Shown: piece after piece, positions 1 to 13,541 of the stretch
Position numbering within the stretch: the first letter of the stretch is position 1
Layout of the letters: each line of letters starts with the position of its first letter
From: Gonapodya sp. JEL0774
Taxonomy: Eukaryota
Direction of reading: 5' to 3'
Length of the DNA stretch: 64,000 nt
NCBI GenBank assembly: GCA_027604505.1
Contig: JADIIX010000011.1
Coordinates: 1 to 64,000, forward strand
Notes under the pieces: model-generated
What the model was told of the DNA's origin: nothing
Database searches by the model: none
What the model saw: the letters and a program-made list of their open reading frames with translations, nothing else
Program-made: the position numbers and the translations under genes

Positions 1-142
1 TTTTTTTGGGGGCTGCCGCCCCCCCCCCCCCCCCCCCCCCGTCTCCACTATGTATGTGAGGTCCCGACAAAACCCGATTTCTGCAATTTCAGCTCTGCGG
101 GGCCCACAAAGAAATCGCGTACTTGCAACAGCTCAACTAAAA

Positions 143-2609
143 ATGTCGAACTCAAAATCTCCCTGGTCCTCCTCGGGACACTCGCCAAAGTCCCCATCGA
201 ACTCCCCGCGATCACCATACTCCTCCTCGTCCGCCTCCGCATTCTCTCCATCTCCTTCTCCTCCACCACGCTCTCATCCTGACGCCTCTTATGTCCAGAA
301 ATGGACTCGAATTCCAACCCTCGCCCAGACCTACGCATCCTCCGACTCGGACCCAAATCCTCCCGCTCCTGCCCAGGACACTCGTTTCTCTCACAATCCC
401 AAAATCAATGAAAAGATCTCAATATGGTCCGTTGAATCTTATCTGAATGAGTACAGTGTGCCTGGTGGTGAGGAGATGCTGTCAGACTGGATGCGAATAC
501 GGTTGTGTTGCCCGTATCGGGGACATCAACACGGGGTACGATCGACACACAGATATCTTGGAATTGTCGTGCGAGTGGAACCGGTGTGAACACGGAAACA
601 CGGGTGCAAATACGGTGAATTCGGTGACCCAATGTTCTCTAGCCGTTTGGAATCGTGGTTCGAGAAATCGCTTATGGACGTTAAGCAGGGCAAATTGCTC
701 ATAGCCCATACCATGGACTTCAGTATAATTACGATACAGGAATGCAAGATTTATTTCATCCCACGGGTTCCAATATTATTGGTTGCGTCGCACCGCCCTA
801 ACGAGCTTACCTTCCTGTCCCTCTGTCGTCACACCGGTCGGTCCACCTAGGCGCGCCGACATCACCACCCTCGACGTCGACTTCATCGTCAATGCCGCGA
901 ACGGATCGCTGTTGGGAGGTGGGGGAGGTGTGTACCGCATGCTTGTGTCATTGGTTCGACGTACCCAGAGAAGCGTGGCTCCGGGTTTGAATGGGTTGAA
1001 TGCGTGGTTGTCGGAGAGATCAAGGGTGAACGGTCGGGGAGTTGGCATTTTCTCGGAGTGGTGTCCGGTGGAGTGGAAGCAACAAGGACCCACCAACCGA
1101 ATCGGAGCACTGACGCAACTTGGGCGATGCGAGGAAGAGACTCTGGCAGGCAATGGATCTTTCATCGAATCCCCCACTCACCTGTCTGTCCCCACGCCCA
1201 CACCGTGCCTGCACCGAGCTCCACACTCTCCCGATCTCGCACTAATGCCTCTGCGGTCTGCCCTCTGCCCTCTACCATCCCCGCCTTCACCCGCACTGCA
1301 CCAAATCCTCGCCCCCTTCCTATGCGGTCGCCCACCGCACTTAAGTTGACGGCGCCATCCACCGCGCCGCAGGCCCCGGGCTGCGCAAAGAGTGTGCGAA
1401 ACTCGGCGGGTGTGAGACGGGAGACGCCAAGGTGACGAGCGGTGGGTAGACCCTGTGCGGGATAAACTTTTTTCGTGCGATTTTGCGGAGTCAGAAAGAA
1501 TGGTAGAGACTCCTTGAGGTGTGTTTGGAGGTGAAATGTGGTGTCAGTCGGGTCCTTCCAGGGAGTTGGTTCTTTTCACGGGAAGCAAGCAGGCCGTGAC
1601 GCAGGTCCAGTGTAAACCACATACACGAGGGTCAACGCAAGATCCGCCTGGGTTGCCACACGATTTGGAACTTCCGACCACCGCGGAACCTGGCAGCCGC
1701 TCACACTGCCGTATCTCACTCTTGGTCACCCTGCTTTTCCATTGTTGTCTCCGACCTTGCCCAAAATCTGATTACTTCTTTTATCTACTGTCTGTCCAAA
1801 CCATCTCCAGCTCACCGTCTCCCCTCCCATCACATCATCCACACCGTCGGCCCCGTTGGCGAGAGACCCGCTTTGCTCCGCTCGTGTTACCGAAAGTCGT
1901 TGCAGATTGCAGTCAACGAGGGTGGAGGAAGCGTGGTACGTTTTTATCTTTGAGACGACATGGAGGCCGCAGAATCTTGGCAGTCCAACATGGTACTCGC
2001 ATCCTACAACCCTTGTGCACAGGCGTTCCCATGCATATCTACGGGTATCTACGGCTACCCAAATCTGCCTGCAGCGCATATCGCTCTCGAGACGGCTAGG
2101 GAGTTTTTGGAAGGGGAGCTGGGTGGGGAGGTAGGTTTCCGGGACGTTGGACCAGGGATATCACGCGACACTTTTACAATCCAACAACCCTGACAACACT
2201 CGCCACATACCGTCCCAACTAGATATCACGCATCATCTTTGTCATTTTCCTTGACGTGGATTGGCACATTTACAACCGCATCGCACCGCTCTACTTCCCC
2301 CCACCTCCTCTGGCTGAGGGTGCGTTGCAAGAGGAGGGTGAGGTGACCGAGGGAGGGACGGAAGAAGTGGAGGCTGTGCCAGTTGTTGCGGAAGGTCCTG
2401 GAAGTGACGGGAAAACGCGTGATACCTCAAGTGGTTCCGATGTGGGGAAGAGGGAAGGGGGAACCAAACGGCAACGTATCGGCGGGGTTGATGACCATGA
2501 CGCTGGGGGTGGGGGAGCGACTCTTGTGGAAACTCAGAGTGACGGTGATGAGAACGGTGTGGGAGCCGCGGGCAGTCTCAGTGCGACATTAGTGGACGAG
2601 CGAGAATAG
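143..2609 (+). CDS. MacroD-type macrodomain protein (O-acetyl-ADP-ribose deacetylase / mono-ADP-ribosylhydrolase), 6 exons
   Basis: Exons ~143-426, 851-927, 1346-1441, 1811-1935, 2023-2130 and 2224-2609 join in phase at GT-AG sites. The product reads [79 protein letters not shown], the hallmark MacroD motifs. Confidence 0.93.
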
Positions 2610-2886
2610 AGTCGGAACTACGGTGTAGTATTGTGATGAGTTCAGCCTTTTGGAGACGATAATACTTGCGTATTGGTCGCTTTGGTACAAGGTTGCAACG
2701 TGAAAGAAAAGAGACGCGGATGATGATCAACGTACGTTGTCCGTGCTCGCTATCAGCCGTTTGACAATAATGCAGCCACGTTTGGCTCTCAAAACAATAA
2801 TTAGTGAAAAAAGAGAACAGACGTCCCTTGGTCTAATAGAGAATAAACTTCTATCCAACCTTCCTCACTTGGCAGCAATCTATAAA

Positions 2887-5800
2887 TCAATCAATACCCA
2901 TCCCCGCGCACTCTTTGCACTTCCTTGGGGCTCGATTCTCACCTCTCTTTTTACGTTCTTTCGGGTCGTTTTTTGGCTCCCTGGTCGAACCCCATGCCAT
3001 CGGCCCACACCCTTCACACCAGAACCCATCACATGCTACACAAACATCCCCATACCGTCCACCCTGACCAGTAGCCTCAAGGATTTTCCAACACGGCCAG
3101 CACGCCTTACGCACTCCGCACGTCCGGCACTGCTCCTTGATCTGCACCCAATCCACACAGTCACAGTGTGGGCAACGATACTCCTCCACTCGATTCACCG
3201 ACTCCACATATATCGGAACAAGCATGCTCGGATCGTGCCTTCGTTTTTCCATTCCCAAGAATCGCCTGTACTTCTCTTCGACTGATGCTGGCGTCAGATT
3301 GGCTGCACCACGGATCTTGATTCCGATACATCCAAAGACAATCAACTCGGTTGGAATAGGCGGCAAAGGGTGAGGATCCTCTGCTTCGCTCACAAGATCG
3401 TCTCGCTCCGACTCAAGGTCGCCCGCGGACGACGCGGTTGTAGTTAATCGAGCGTCGTCCACGTCGCCAGTATCATCGGTAGCCGCAGTGAATGCAGACG
3501 GTGTCGGACTGCCTGGCCTCCTTTCTATCCCAGCTGTCCCCAACCTCCTCCTATTTGACCTTCTGCCGCCCCCTGGCGTCGGTCTGCCACCCACTCTCGA
3601 TGCCGCAACCGACGCACTCCTCCTGGCTCTACTCGACGCCCGACTCATGGATCTCGACCCGGTTCTGGGCCTGGACCTTCCATGCCTCGAGTGTGACTTC
3701 GACCCAGCCACCGAACCAGACCCCCTACGCGGTGCACGGCCGGTGTCCCGCTGATCAATGTCGAGGCCCTGGTCATTCCACCCATCTTGCGAGGGCGCGA
3801 GGATACCAACGCGAGCGCCGGGTCGTACGGGAGCGGTTGCGGATGAGTCTCCGCCAAGACTTGGGAATGGATCTTGGGGAATCGCGGCAAGCCCGTCGTC
3901 GTCTGACTCAGCCGATTCTACGCCATCAATGGACGACATTGAGTCCTCATCCTCGAGCGAGTCCTTATCATCATCCAAGTCCACCACGTCGTCATCTACC
4001 ATCGGCGGTGGTACTGGCGAAAGCGACAACGACATAGGCAAGGACGGGTCGTCAAGTGGGACAATAGTCGCCGAATATGCGGATGCAGACAGATTGATCC
4101 GACCATTCGAATCTGACGCAGCCGATGACCGTCTCTCCACCATTCCAGCGGCAGCATACACAGACTCCGCTGTTGGAGTTCTCCGCCCATCATCGTTCGT
4201 TCCAGCGCGGGTTCGCGAAATAGACTCCGTTGAGGATTGGTTTCGCTCTCTGCGAGCCGCCAGTCGACGAGCCCTCACGTTTCGCAGCATACTGGAAAAT
4301 ACATAACGGATTTCAGACTACGGTGAGGTTCAAGAACCGCGTCGAATGGAGTGATGTAAAGCAGAAGGGTGGTGACGGAGTTAAAGTGTTGAACAAGTCA
4401 GTAGCCACATGTAATCCCTAAAGAACCAGTTGCTTCTGCTTGACCTCCCGCTTCCGGCTCGCATTTTGCAAACCACGATAATTGCTCTGCTGTTTGACCG
4501 ACTCACCTTGCTTAGACACACCGTATCAACCCCAGTACACCATAGCTCTTTCAGGTTTACACACTTCTCCAGCACACACCACAGTCCCTCTGCCGTTACC
4601 GTCGAGAACTGCAAGTCAACCCGAACAATGGTTGCCAAGATGGCGGGAGTGAAACCCAACGGTAAGGGTATGGAGATGGGGGCATGAGCAAACGGAACGA
4701 CGCCCAGGGGTGAGTGGAAGAGCGGGTTGGCGGAGGTTGCCATACTTGTAAGTGTGTTCGCGCCGTGCGGAATGGTTGTTGAGGCGGACGAAGACGCGAA
4801 GTTGGAAGCTGTCTCGGAGGATGTCGGAGTGTTTGTATTGGTAATGCTGTTGGAGACCGGTGCGGGGCGCACCAAGGCGGCAAGGCCCACACCCATGAAA
4901 GGCCCCCCTGGTTGAAAGAGGCGCTGGTAGGTCGGTTCACTGGGTGGAGCGGCACCTGGCACGGGAGTGGAAGCAGGTGATGGGCGTCCACCACTCCCCG
5001 TACCAGATCCTGCCCCGCTTCCGGGTGCAACTTCATCAATACCATCACCTTGCCAGATCCCTCGACCCGCCGCGCGACGCTCTTTCGCACGGCGAACTGC
5101 CGGGGCTTCCGCGGGTCGCCTATCTCGGTTTTCTGGGTTGTATGCAGAGTCGTCTTCGTCTTCGAGATCATCTGGGAGCAATTCCGGATCTATGCTTGCT
5201 GAGTCCAAAGTGTCTGGTCCACCCTCGAACGGAAGTGGATCGAATAGATCGAACACAAGGTCGTCGTCAACAAGGTCAATTTGACGAGATCGGCCGCGCC
5301 GATCGTATTTGGCTCGCGGATCGGGGAAGAATCGGATGTCACGCCAGATGCCGATTTCAGGGTCCGTAAGGATACGGGTGCGTAAGTGCTTTGAGCACTG
5401 GGCCATGCGGAGGGCATATCTGCTGCCGAGGTAGTTGAGGACTGCAGCCAGAACATGAGTGGGTAGGCGGAGGACATCAAGGTGGTGGGATGTGGGTTCG
5501 ACGGGGAGTTCAAGGGGTGCAAGGCGGGAGGCACGCCATCTTCGTTTTCTGGCGGCAAGAATGGCGCCCGAAACCGGTGTTCGGGGTGTGATGGCAGGGT
5601 TGGGTACTTTCAGAGAGTGCGACTGAAAGTTTTGAAATTGTTGGACATTGAGAATGCGTTGTTGGGACAAAGCGAACGCATGATAGTGTTGGTGCTCTTG
5701 TGGGGACAGTGGGGTCAACGGGTACCCAGAAGACAAGGGTGACTGAAGGGATAAAGAATCCTGGTCAGTCGGAGACAGTGGGGGAGATTCTGGCTCGTCT

Positions 5801-6093
5801 GGGATGGCGACGGAGAGTGGAAGCATCCGGGAAAGAGGCGACATCGACCCAGCGAGCGGGGCGGCAGCTGGAGCAGCCACCGGCGTGTTAGCAGAAGCCG
5901 TTGAGGGCGGAGAGGAATTTGCAGATGGTGGTCGTCGCGATTCATCGCCATCGTTCGTTCGGTCCTCGTGTGGCAACTCTTGGTTCCCCTCCCTTCCTTC
6001 CGTTCTCGAACCATCGATCGCGGAGACTATCGTCGACGCAGCTACTGCAGCTGGACCTCGTCCACCAAGAGAAAACGGAAATTGCCGAAACAT
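2887..6093 (-). CDS. F-box protein with LRR-like segment, long disordered regions and C-terminal Cys-rich (multi-CxxC) domain; 2 exons
   Basis: ORFs 4381..6093 and 2887..4290 join via a phase-0 intron at 4318-4506 (LSK|SEIRYVFSSMLRN). F-box-like motif: LRLPTHVLAAVLNYLGSRYALRMAQCSKHLR..W. LRR-like: VDLQFSTVTAEGL..VLEKCVNLKELWCTG. C-terminal: CPHC, CRTC, CWPC, CVAC, CEGC, CKEC. Confidence 0.75.
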
Positions 6094-6550
6094 GGGTCAA
6101 AAAACCATGACTCATTCACTAGGATGTGAGGACACGAAGAGAGTGCACCCACCAGTAGTGTGTGCATTGCCACTCTCGGAAATGGTTGAGTTAATATTCG
6201 AATACTTTTCACAACCACAAGCTCACTCGCTCAAAGTAGCTTACGTCAAGTTGAGATTCTATTCTCGACTCCCGTATACCAATAGCGCTCGAAAGGCCAT
6301 CCTTCGCGCCACTCTTTCCCCCCTTGATGTCCCTTCTATAGTGATGCATTACACTGCGATATTGGAAGTACATAAAGCGTTTGTGTGATAATGTTCAGGC
6401 AAAGCTGTACTTGAGAGGCCTGAGTCATTGGAGGACACCCATTTGCAAAACCCTTCAAACATTCGGCATCACTAGCTTGGCACAAGATAATTGGGAAGCG
6501 AGGAGTCGTCGTTTTTGTATCTCGGAGTGCCCGATCGGATTCTACCGTTC

Positions 6551-9500
6551 ATGCCTCAGCAAACAGCACATCCTCGGGAATTAATTGCTAGTGAGCCCGA
6601 GATCGACAATGACGCAGATGTGGACAAGAGCTCTCCTACAGATGACGGCACCAAAGAAGATGATGGTGCTGGCGTAGGGGTGTCAACCCCGCCATCGGAT
6701 AGCCAGGGTCCCAGTGATGATATTCCGGAAGCGGAAGCAGGAGCAGCCAATGAAAGAAGTGGATGTCCTTTGGGGAGGAAATCATCGTTTCAGGAAGACT
6801 CACCAACTCCTGATACCGTTCGTGAAAATGAAATACAAGCCGGTCTGGTGTCCCCCTCGGACTCCGTTCCTCTCGATAATGACGCAACAGAGATGGAGTC
6901 TTTACAAGCAGAGATGAGGGAAATAGATCAATTGGAGACTTCAAAGGAAAATCCGGTGTCCCCCGGCGATGAAGCCCCCATACTCACTGCCCAGGAAGGG
7001 CAGTCGTCGGACTCCTCTATAGAGAGGTCCCACCAAAATATAGACTCTCTTGCTACTGAGCAGTCTTTGACAGCTCATTTGGACTTTTCTGATGATGGTG
7101 GGAGATCCGGTTCGGGCCTTGCCGAAGTTTCGTCTGACTCTGCAACACCTACCCGCCCGAGTCTTGCTAGTGTTTCCAAGACACAGAATTTGGGTGACCT
7201 GCTGACAAGAGGGAGAAATGGAGAGCGTGACGACAATGAATTGATTCAACCGCTCGTGGATCCTACGGATGCAGAACAGCTGCCAACAGTTGTGGACCCT
7301 CCAACATCAACAAGTCTTATCCGCAACATTAACTTGAAATCATTCCCGTTGGATCGCCCCCACGACCCGTTCCCCGACAATCTTGACCGCGTGATACTCA
7401 CTCCCCCTTCTGAGCCGGTAGACCCGTTCATCGCTATGTTGTCACAGATACCGAACGGCAGATCTGACCCTGTTCAATTTTACGCGGGAGGTGAGCTCCA
7501 AAAAGCGGTCCAATACAATCCGGAATAAGCTGTCTCCTCACGTGGACATGTTGTCTTTGTCGGACTGGGTTCTAAGATATATCGCGACCTCACTTCGACC
7601 CCAATGTCATTACCGGATCCCGCACACTCGCATCTCCACCGGCCTCTAGTGAACATCCCCCATCTCCTCCCGCCCTCGATCCCAACGGAAGGCTGCGCTC
7701 GCCTAATGTACGTTTCAAACTATTTTATGGGCCTCGCACGTTCCTGGCGTCCGTGCAACGGAACGAGCTCACTTTCCGACGGCTTAAGGAGCAAGTTACA
7801 GAGATTGTGGTGAATGCCGATGCAGACGCGGCAAGCGCAGGGGCTGAATATGATGCCGGGAGGAGATCCGCAAAGTGTCCTCCGGTCATTGTTCTCTCGT
7901 ACCTTGATAATCGCGGGGACCGACTAAAGCTTTCCAATCCGCGTGCACTTCGAAATGCTTTGGAGACTCACACAATACACCAGCGGCCTTACGTTTACAT
8001 TTTTGCAGCCAAAATTGATGCCAAGGACGGATGGGGCGGGGACGTCGGGAACAAGGCGCTGCGACTGGAAGAAAGGGGGAAGGAAGCCAGCTGGGAAGGA
8101 AAAGTTGTGGAGGATCAAACACCCACCAGTGACTCCGGATCTGAACTAAGGAAACAATCGGAAGGCTTAACAGTGGCAGCGTTGTCCTCCAGGCTTCCAG
8201 TTGCCAGGACTAACGTTGACCTAGAGGCTCCTATCCCACTCCGGATGTCCAAAGGCACTGCCTCCGCCCCAACTCTTCAGAGTCAACGTCGATCTTTACC
8301 AAATCCTCCGAACGAACCGCAACCACCACCGGCAGTAACACTGCAGACTTCCGTTTCTCACACCTCCCGTCATCCACCTTCCATGCCTCCGGCGGTACCC
8401 CATACGCGCAACGGCCTTGTATCCGTATCCACCTCGACTGATGATGGTCTCGCACATCATCAGGAAGTGATTCCGTTGACATCTCGGGGGAGTAGCGATC
8501 CGGGAACAGTCAATTGTGCGTCACATGATGTTTCAGGCTCAAGTTCCCTGGAAGCGTCACCTCATAGAGAACGGAGCACTGTTCTCGCAACACCGGAGGA
8601 AGTAAGGGATTACAAGCGAATGGAGCTGGCGAGAGTTAACTCCAAGCGCTCCCAGGATGGCATCTCTTCCGAGAATTCTTCAGCGTCAAAATTATCAGCT
8701 ACTTCTCTGGAGAACCCATCTCCTACGACGCAACCTCAATTCTCTCCAACTCGCATTTCTCCAACTCCCCGACTTGTAGTTCGCAAATCAGCATCTTTGA
8801 ACAAGCCGTTGCCCCAGAAACATGGTTCACCTACTCTGCTACTCCACGTCGACGACCCTGTACCACGACATCGGCGAGGACTAACACCGACGTACGAGTA
8901 CATACGCGCTCCTCGCCCTGCTAAAGTGAAGAAAGAGCTCGAAAGAGCCGAGCGCTTGCGGGCCAAGTCCAGAGATGCAGGCGATGAAGAGACGAAGATT
9001 GAAAAGCCAGGGTGGGATGGCTCCGTGAAAAAAGGACTTGGAGAGGAAGAGCAGCGGAGGAGAGAAGAGGCCAATAGAAGAAAGAAGGCAAGAGAATCTG
9101 CGGGAAGACAAAGACAAAAGCAAGATCAAGTTGTCTCAATGAGTTGGAAACGGGGGAGAGTAAATGGTGTTCGGGGGATAAAAAGCGAACGAAACCCTAT
9201 TGCCCAAGGATCTGATGGCTGGGTCGCCCAGGAGCAAGAAGCTCGGGACCGGGCAAGTGGAAGACTAGGGAAGGTAGAGTTAAATGATGGTGATACAAGT
9301 GCGCGAGTGAGGAGCACTGCGAAGGAGACAACAGAGAGACCCCATGAGGGCAAAATGCCGGTAGTTATGACAACTTCGCAAATTGCTATTCGTTCGTCGT
9401 GTCTCATTTCATGAATTGGATCTCCGCCAAACGGGACAGATACATCAAAAACAGAATCTTCCACCACTGACGACTGCTTCACGTGGCACCACCACTACCA

Positions 9501-10930
9501 GGTCACTGTCTCGTGTCACCAAAGTGAGGGAACCACCTCGCTCCATCCGCAGCAATGAGAAGTATGGCACATCCCGAGACCCCGAAGGAAGCTCGGACGA
9601 CGGAGGAGATGAAAGGGGTTCGGACCGCAAACAGAACTCAGCAAGAATTACCCGAGTGAGACGGAAAGCCGATGGTCGAGGATTGTACGACCGTGATATT
9701 GGAGTTGTCAGGACTGGAAATGATACATCCGAATCAATGTCTGGGGATGACGACGAAGAGCAGTGTGATCAGCACATATCTGAAGCATCACGCCGACACC
9801 CTGTTTTCGCTCCTCCCACACCACGAGCACTTCCTCGTCCCAGCTTTGGTCCATCTTCATTGGAGAATTTACGAGAGAATCTAGGAGGTAGTAGGCGAGA
9901 TGGCTCCCTCAGAGATTTGGATGAAACAAAGCGAACACGAACACGAGATGCAGATTCGGAACGCAGAGAACCGATCCGTCATTCCAAAAATCGCTTAGAA
10001 GAGATTTCGTCCCAAGATGTTTCGTTTGTTATGGAACAGGGCTCTCAGCGATCTTTAGCGTTGGCAACTGGGAACGACTATGACGATGACAGCACTGAAA
10101 GTACGAACAAGGATCAGGAAGATGACGAGTATGGAGCACCCGAAATTCACACACGTGATTTATTCAGAAAACGAGGAGGAAAGTCAAAGCGGACACCACC
10201 TGCTCGACAATTGGCCGGCCCACAACCGATTGTTCCTGCAGGCCACTTAAGTGGATCGGTCAGTGCTCCGCACCATTCGTTCATCGTGCACCAACTACCG
10301 CAGCCAGTTTACGTAGTTCCAGCCCAGGGTACTATGGGTAACATGGGTTTTTCGTTCAGCAACTCAAGTTTTGGTACTCCGATGATGCAAGGACTTGGTC
10401 TGATGATGCCTATGGGAATGACAGGCATTGGAGATAATGCTCAACTGACAAATCAAAATACAATTATGTGGCATCCGTCTAATGGGACTGGTGGATCTAT
10501 CGGAGGCGGAACTTTTGGATATGTGGCTGGTACCCCATCACGCCCCAGTCAAAATGAAGCAGTATGGCAGACATCAAGTGGACGCGCTGGATTTATTGGA
10601 AGTTCCCAATCTTCCCTAAGCCAGCCCGTTTTGCTGCCGATTGAGCAGCAGCATTCTCTCACGGATAATTACCGCGGGGCGATAGGACCGCAACCCCATT
10701 CTGTTATCCAGAATCAATTCCCTTACCTGCTCCCTCCAATCAACGAAGAATCAGCATCCCAAGTTAAGCTGGCGCTGATGCCATCCAAATCATCGATGAT
10801 GATCAACAAAGCACAAAAGTTCGACAACGGTGTGAACTCGCTTGGAAGTGCGATAAAGGGCTCATATCTGAAAGGTTTCATGAGAGGGAGGGAAAGCAAT
10901 GGGGCGGCTGTGCCTGGGGGTTGGCGATAG
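6551..10930 (+). CDS. Large, mostly disordered protein with a central PB1-like domain; at least 3 exons
   Basis: Three long ORFs join in phase via introns at ~7491-7576 and ~9361-9439. The segment ~7706-7970 reads VRFKLFYGPRTFLASVQRNELTFRRLKEQV...LSYLDNRGDRLKLSNPRALRNAL, which fits the PB1 pattern (N-terminal Lys; YxDxxGD). Confidence 0.65.
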
Positions 10931-11173
10931 TTGCCCCTATTTGAACAGAGTTCTATAAATGATAGTATTCTTCGCCGTTATTATAGGTACATTGGTTAAT
11001 TTAATGCATTGTTGATTCTTTCTATGAGTACCGTTTTCAAGATCTTCAGGTTGCATTGGTTTTGATTCGTTCGCAACTGGGCGGTCTCTATGTTGCCGAA
11101 CTGGGAGTGATCTAGGTTGATCTTCTTGTTACTACTAAGATCATGATATGACAGACCGAATGTCAGAATGGTG

Positions 11174-13398
11174 TTATCGTGCTGTCCCGTAGAGATCGTA
11201 CTCTCGGCGTTTAACAGCTAGGACGTGGAGCCCGTTGAGTCACGGAATTCTTCTACATCATATTACAAACGCATGACTCACAATCTCTCAGCACTCCGTA
11301 TGCCTCACTGACGGCCTGAAATCGCTTCGTGGCGGCTTGCTTCTCTTTCGCGGTGGAGTATCGATCCGGATGGTGTTTCATAGCGAGACCGCGGAAGGCC
11401 GATTGGAGTTCTGTGGGGATTGAGTCAAGCATTGTAGAGTATATGAAGATATATCGGCCCAGTGATCTTATTCTCACCCTCTTTGGTGGCCTTGGTGGAA
11501 ACTCCGAGAGTCTAATCGAGGGAGATTTAGATTCACCCGATATGTTTCCCTATATCTCACTCGCACCAAGAACGCACTTTGTAAAATCCAAGTGGATCCG
11601 CCACATTTCCGCTCCTTGCTTCCGCACGACCGCCTCTCTGCCTACTCCTCTCACTCCCATCTCCGCCAGTGGTCCGACTTCCTTCATCCTCCGCACTCCA
11701 ATCCCACTGAGCTCCTCTGTGCGTCTCATTCCAGATTTGCTCTGATTGGCGCTCAGCACGGTGAAGCATAGATTGGAAGAAGAGAACAAGACGAGGGATG
11801 AACCTTCCAGGAAGAGATTTGATGTCGAGGGTGCGGAAATCACTCAGCCACCAACCAACCATATCCGACTCACCGTGCAGCCCACCCGGCCATCACTGCC
11901 CCGATCATCGCCCTCCATGCCACTGTAGCTGCCGTCCATCCCGCCCACGCACCCACGATAACTCCTAAAGTCAGCACTGCACCCCCCACGCGCTCCACAG
12001 CGTAGAATCTAGCACCCGAAGCCTTCCCCGAAAAAGCAGATATAATGGTTGGAAAGGAGCGGCCGAGATACGCGACGTGAAGGGTGTAGACGGGGAAGTA
12101 AATGGGAGAGAGATTAAACCGTCGCACTTGGACGCGAAGGCGGAGGAAACGGGTGTGGTCAGCATTAAATAATCTGGCGTCCGAAACGAGGGACCAGGTT
12201 GCCAGCGTAGGGCGGTTCACGTCAGAGGGGAAAGGGCACAAGACTGTACTAGTTGAAGGGAGAATCAGAACAAATTCAAACCCACCGCCGAAGATCCACA
12301 TCAGCCTCATAGCGTTCCCGCGCTTCGACCGCAGCGCGCATTTCACCCGCGGCACGGTCTGGGCGGACAGTGAAAGCCTCAACACGGCGTGTGCCGCTGA
12401 GGGCGAGTTTTGTTGAGGCTTTGGTGACCATTCAAGATCACAGAAGGAAATGTCGTAGAAAAGCACTCACCCAGGTTCATCAGGATCATCTGTCATTTCT
12501 GCTTTGAACAGTACGGTACTCCCTAGCGATTCGGGGTCCACAATGCGTTCCGCGAGACTCCGAGGGCGTGTAGAAGACGCATATCTGCGCAAGAAGGTAT
12601 GCGCGGGGTCGGTGGCGGAGTAGGTCCGTTTCCACTGAATGGGAATGTCAATCGGCCGCTATGCGCCGGGAATGAGTGGGGAAAGTTCGTTACTGAGAGC
12701 GAGATCCCCTCATCCCTCTCTTGATTGGATTCTCCCTTGCATTCACGCATATTCCGCGACTCCATTGGCTGTCAGGCCTACCAGGCATGTCTCCATCCTT
12801 ACTGAGAAAGATGTTGCAACTCATCGGCATCTGTCAATAACTCACCCAATGAGTCACCTGAATGCGGATCGTCGAGAATTTCAATACGTTGCAACTACTC
12901 CTTCGTCGGAAATTTTATCTCAAGGCTCACCCTATCTGTTTCCCATCTGCGCGTTCTAGGATTAAATCTGCTTTCTGTGGAGTCGTATCCGAGTTCGCCA
13001 CCTAAAACCTGGGCCTCGATTTCTGCTTGGCCAATCCAGAATGGAAGAAACACGCCCTGAGTCTCTTGAACCTCCGCGAACCTTGAAGATGTGAAAAAGG
13101 AGTCGTGATATCTGTGAAATGACTGTACAGCATCGTTGCGATTGAGCTTGAAAGGAATTGCATGGGCTTTTTGTGGACCCGATGAAGCACGTGTAGTCTG
13201 ATTGGAAGGAGGTGATGAGTGAAAGTTTGCCCGAGAGCGAAAGTCTCGAAAAGGTCCATGCATTGGACTGCATCTCGAAGACGAGAGTCGTGGATCAGGG
13301 GGCGGTCGTAGACACATGATCGCAAACGGGAAAACCAATATGGACCGTAAAATAATTGCATCCGCCACATCGATGCGCGGGGAAAAGACGATTGCCAT
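11174..13398 (-). CDS. Class C J-domain (DnaJ) membrane protein with C-terminal J domain
   Basis: The spliced C-terminus reads DPLGFYK|TLGVSTKATKE|ELQSAFRGLAMKHHPDRY...KRFQAVSEAYGVLRD|SVKRREYD, with an intact HPD motif. A hydrophobic segment lies at ~11880-11990. The N-terminus is Arg/Ser-rich and presequence-like. Start codon is 13398 or 13317. Confidence 0.8.
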
Positions 13399-13541
13399 TG
13401 AATGCCAAAGCGACCAGCTGTGCCTGGATATCACCAGAGATCACTGCATTCACAAACGCCTATTCCGCACACACAGGCAAGTAATAAACAACATCCTTCA
13501 AATTTTTCTGTCGGATCCCACATTCCTAAAACTATGTAGGG

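Noticed and set aside
1..40. T7-G5 followed by a long poly-C run
   Set aside because: A simple homopolymer at the window edge, with no telomeric periodicity or recognisable element.
3488..4306. Long plus-strand ORFs overlapping the F-box gene (likewise opposite SPT5 and DCAF12)
   Set aside because: Antisense shadows of GC-rich low-complexity coding sequence, with no motifs.
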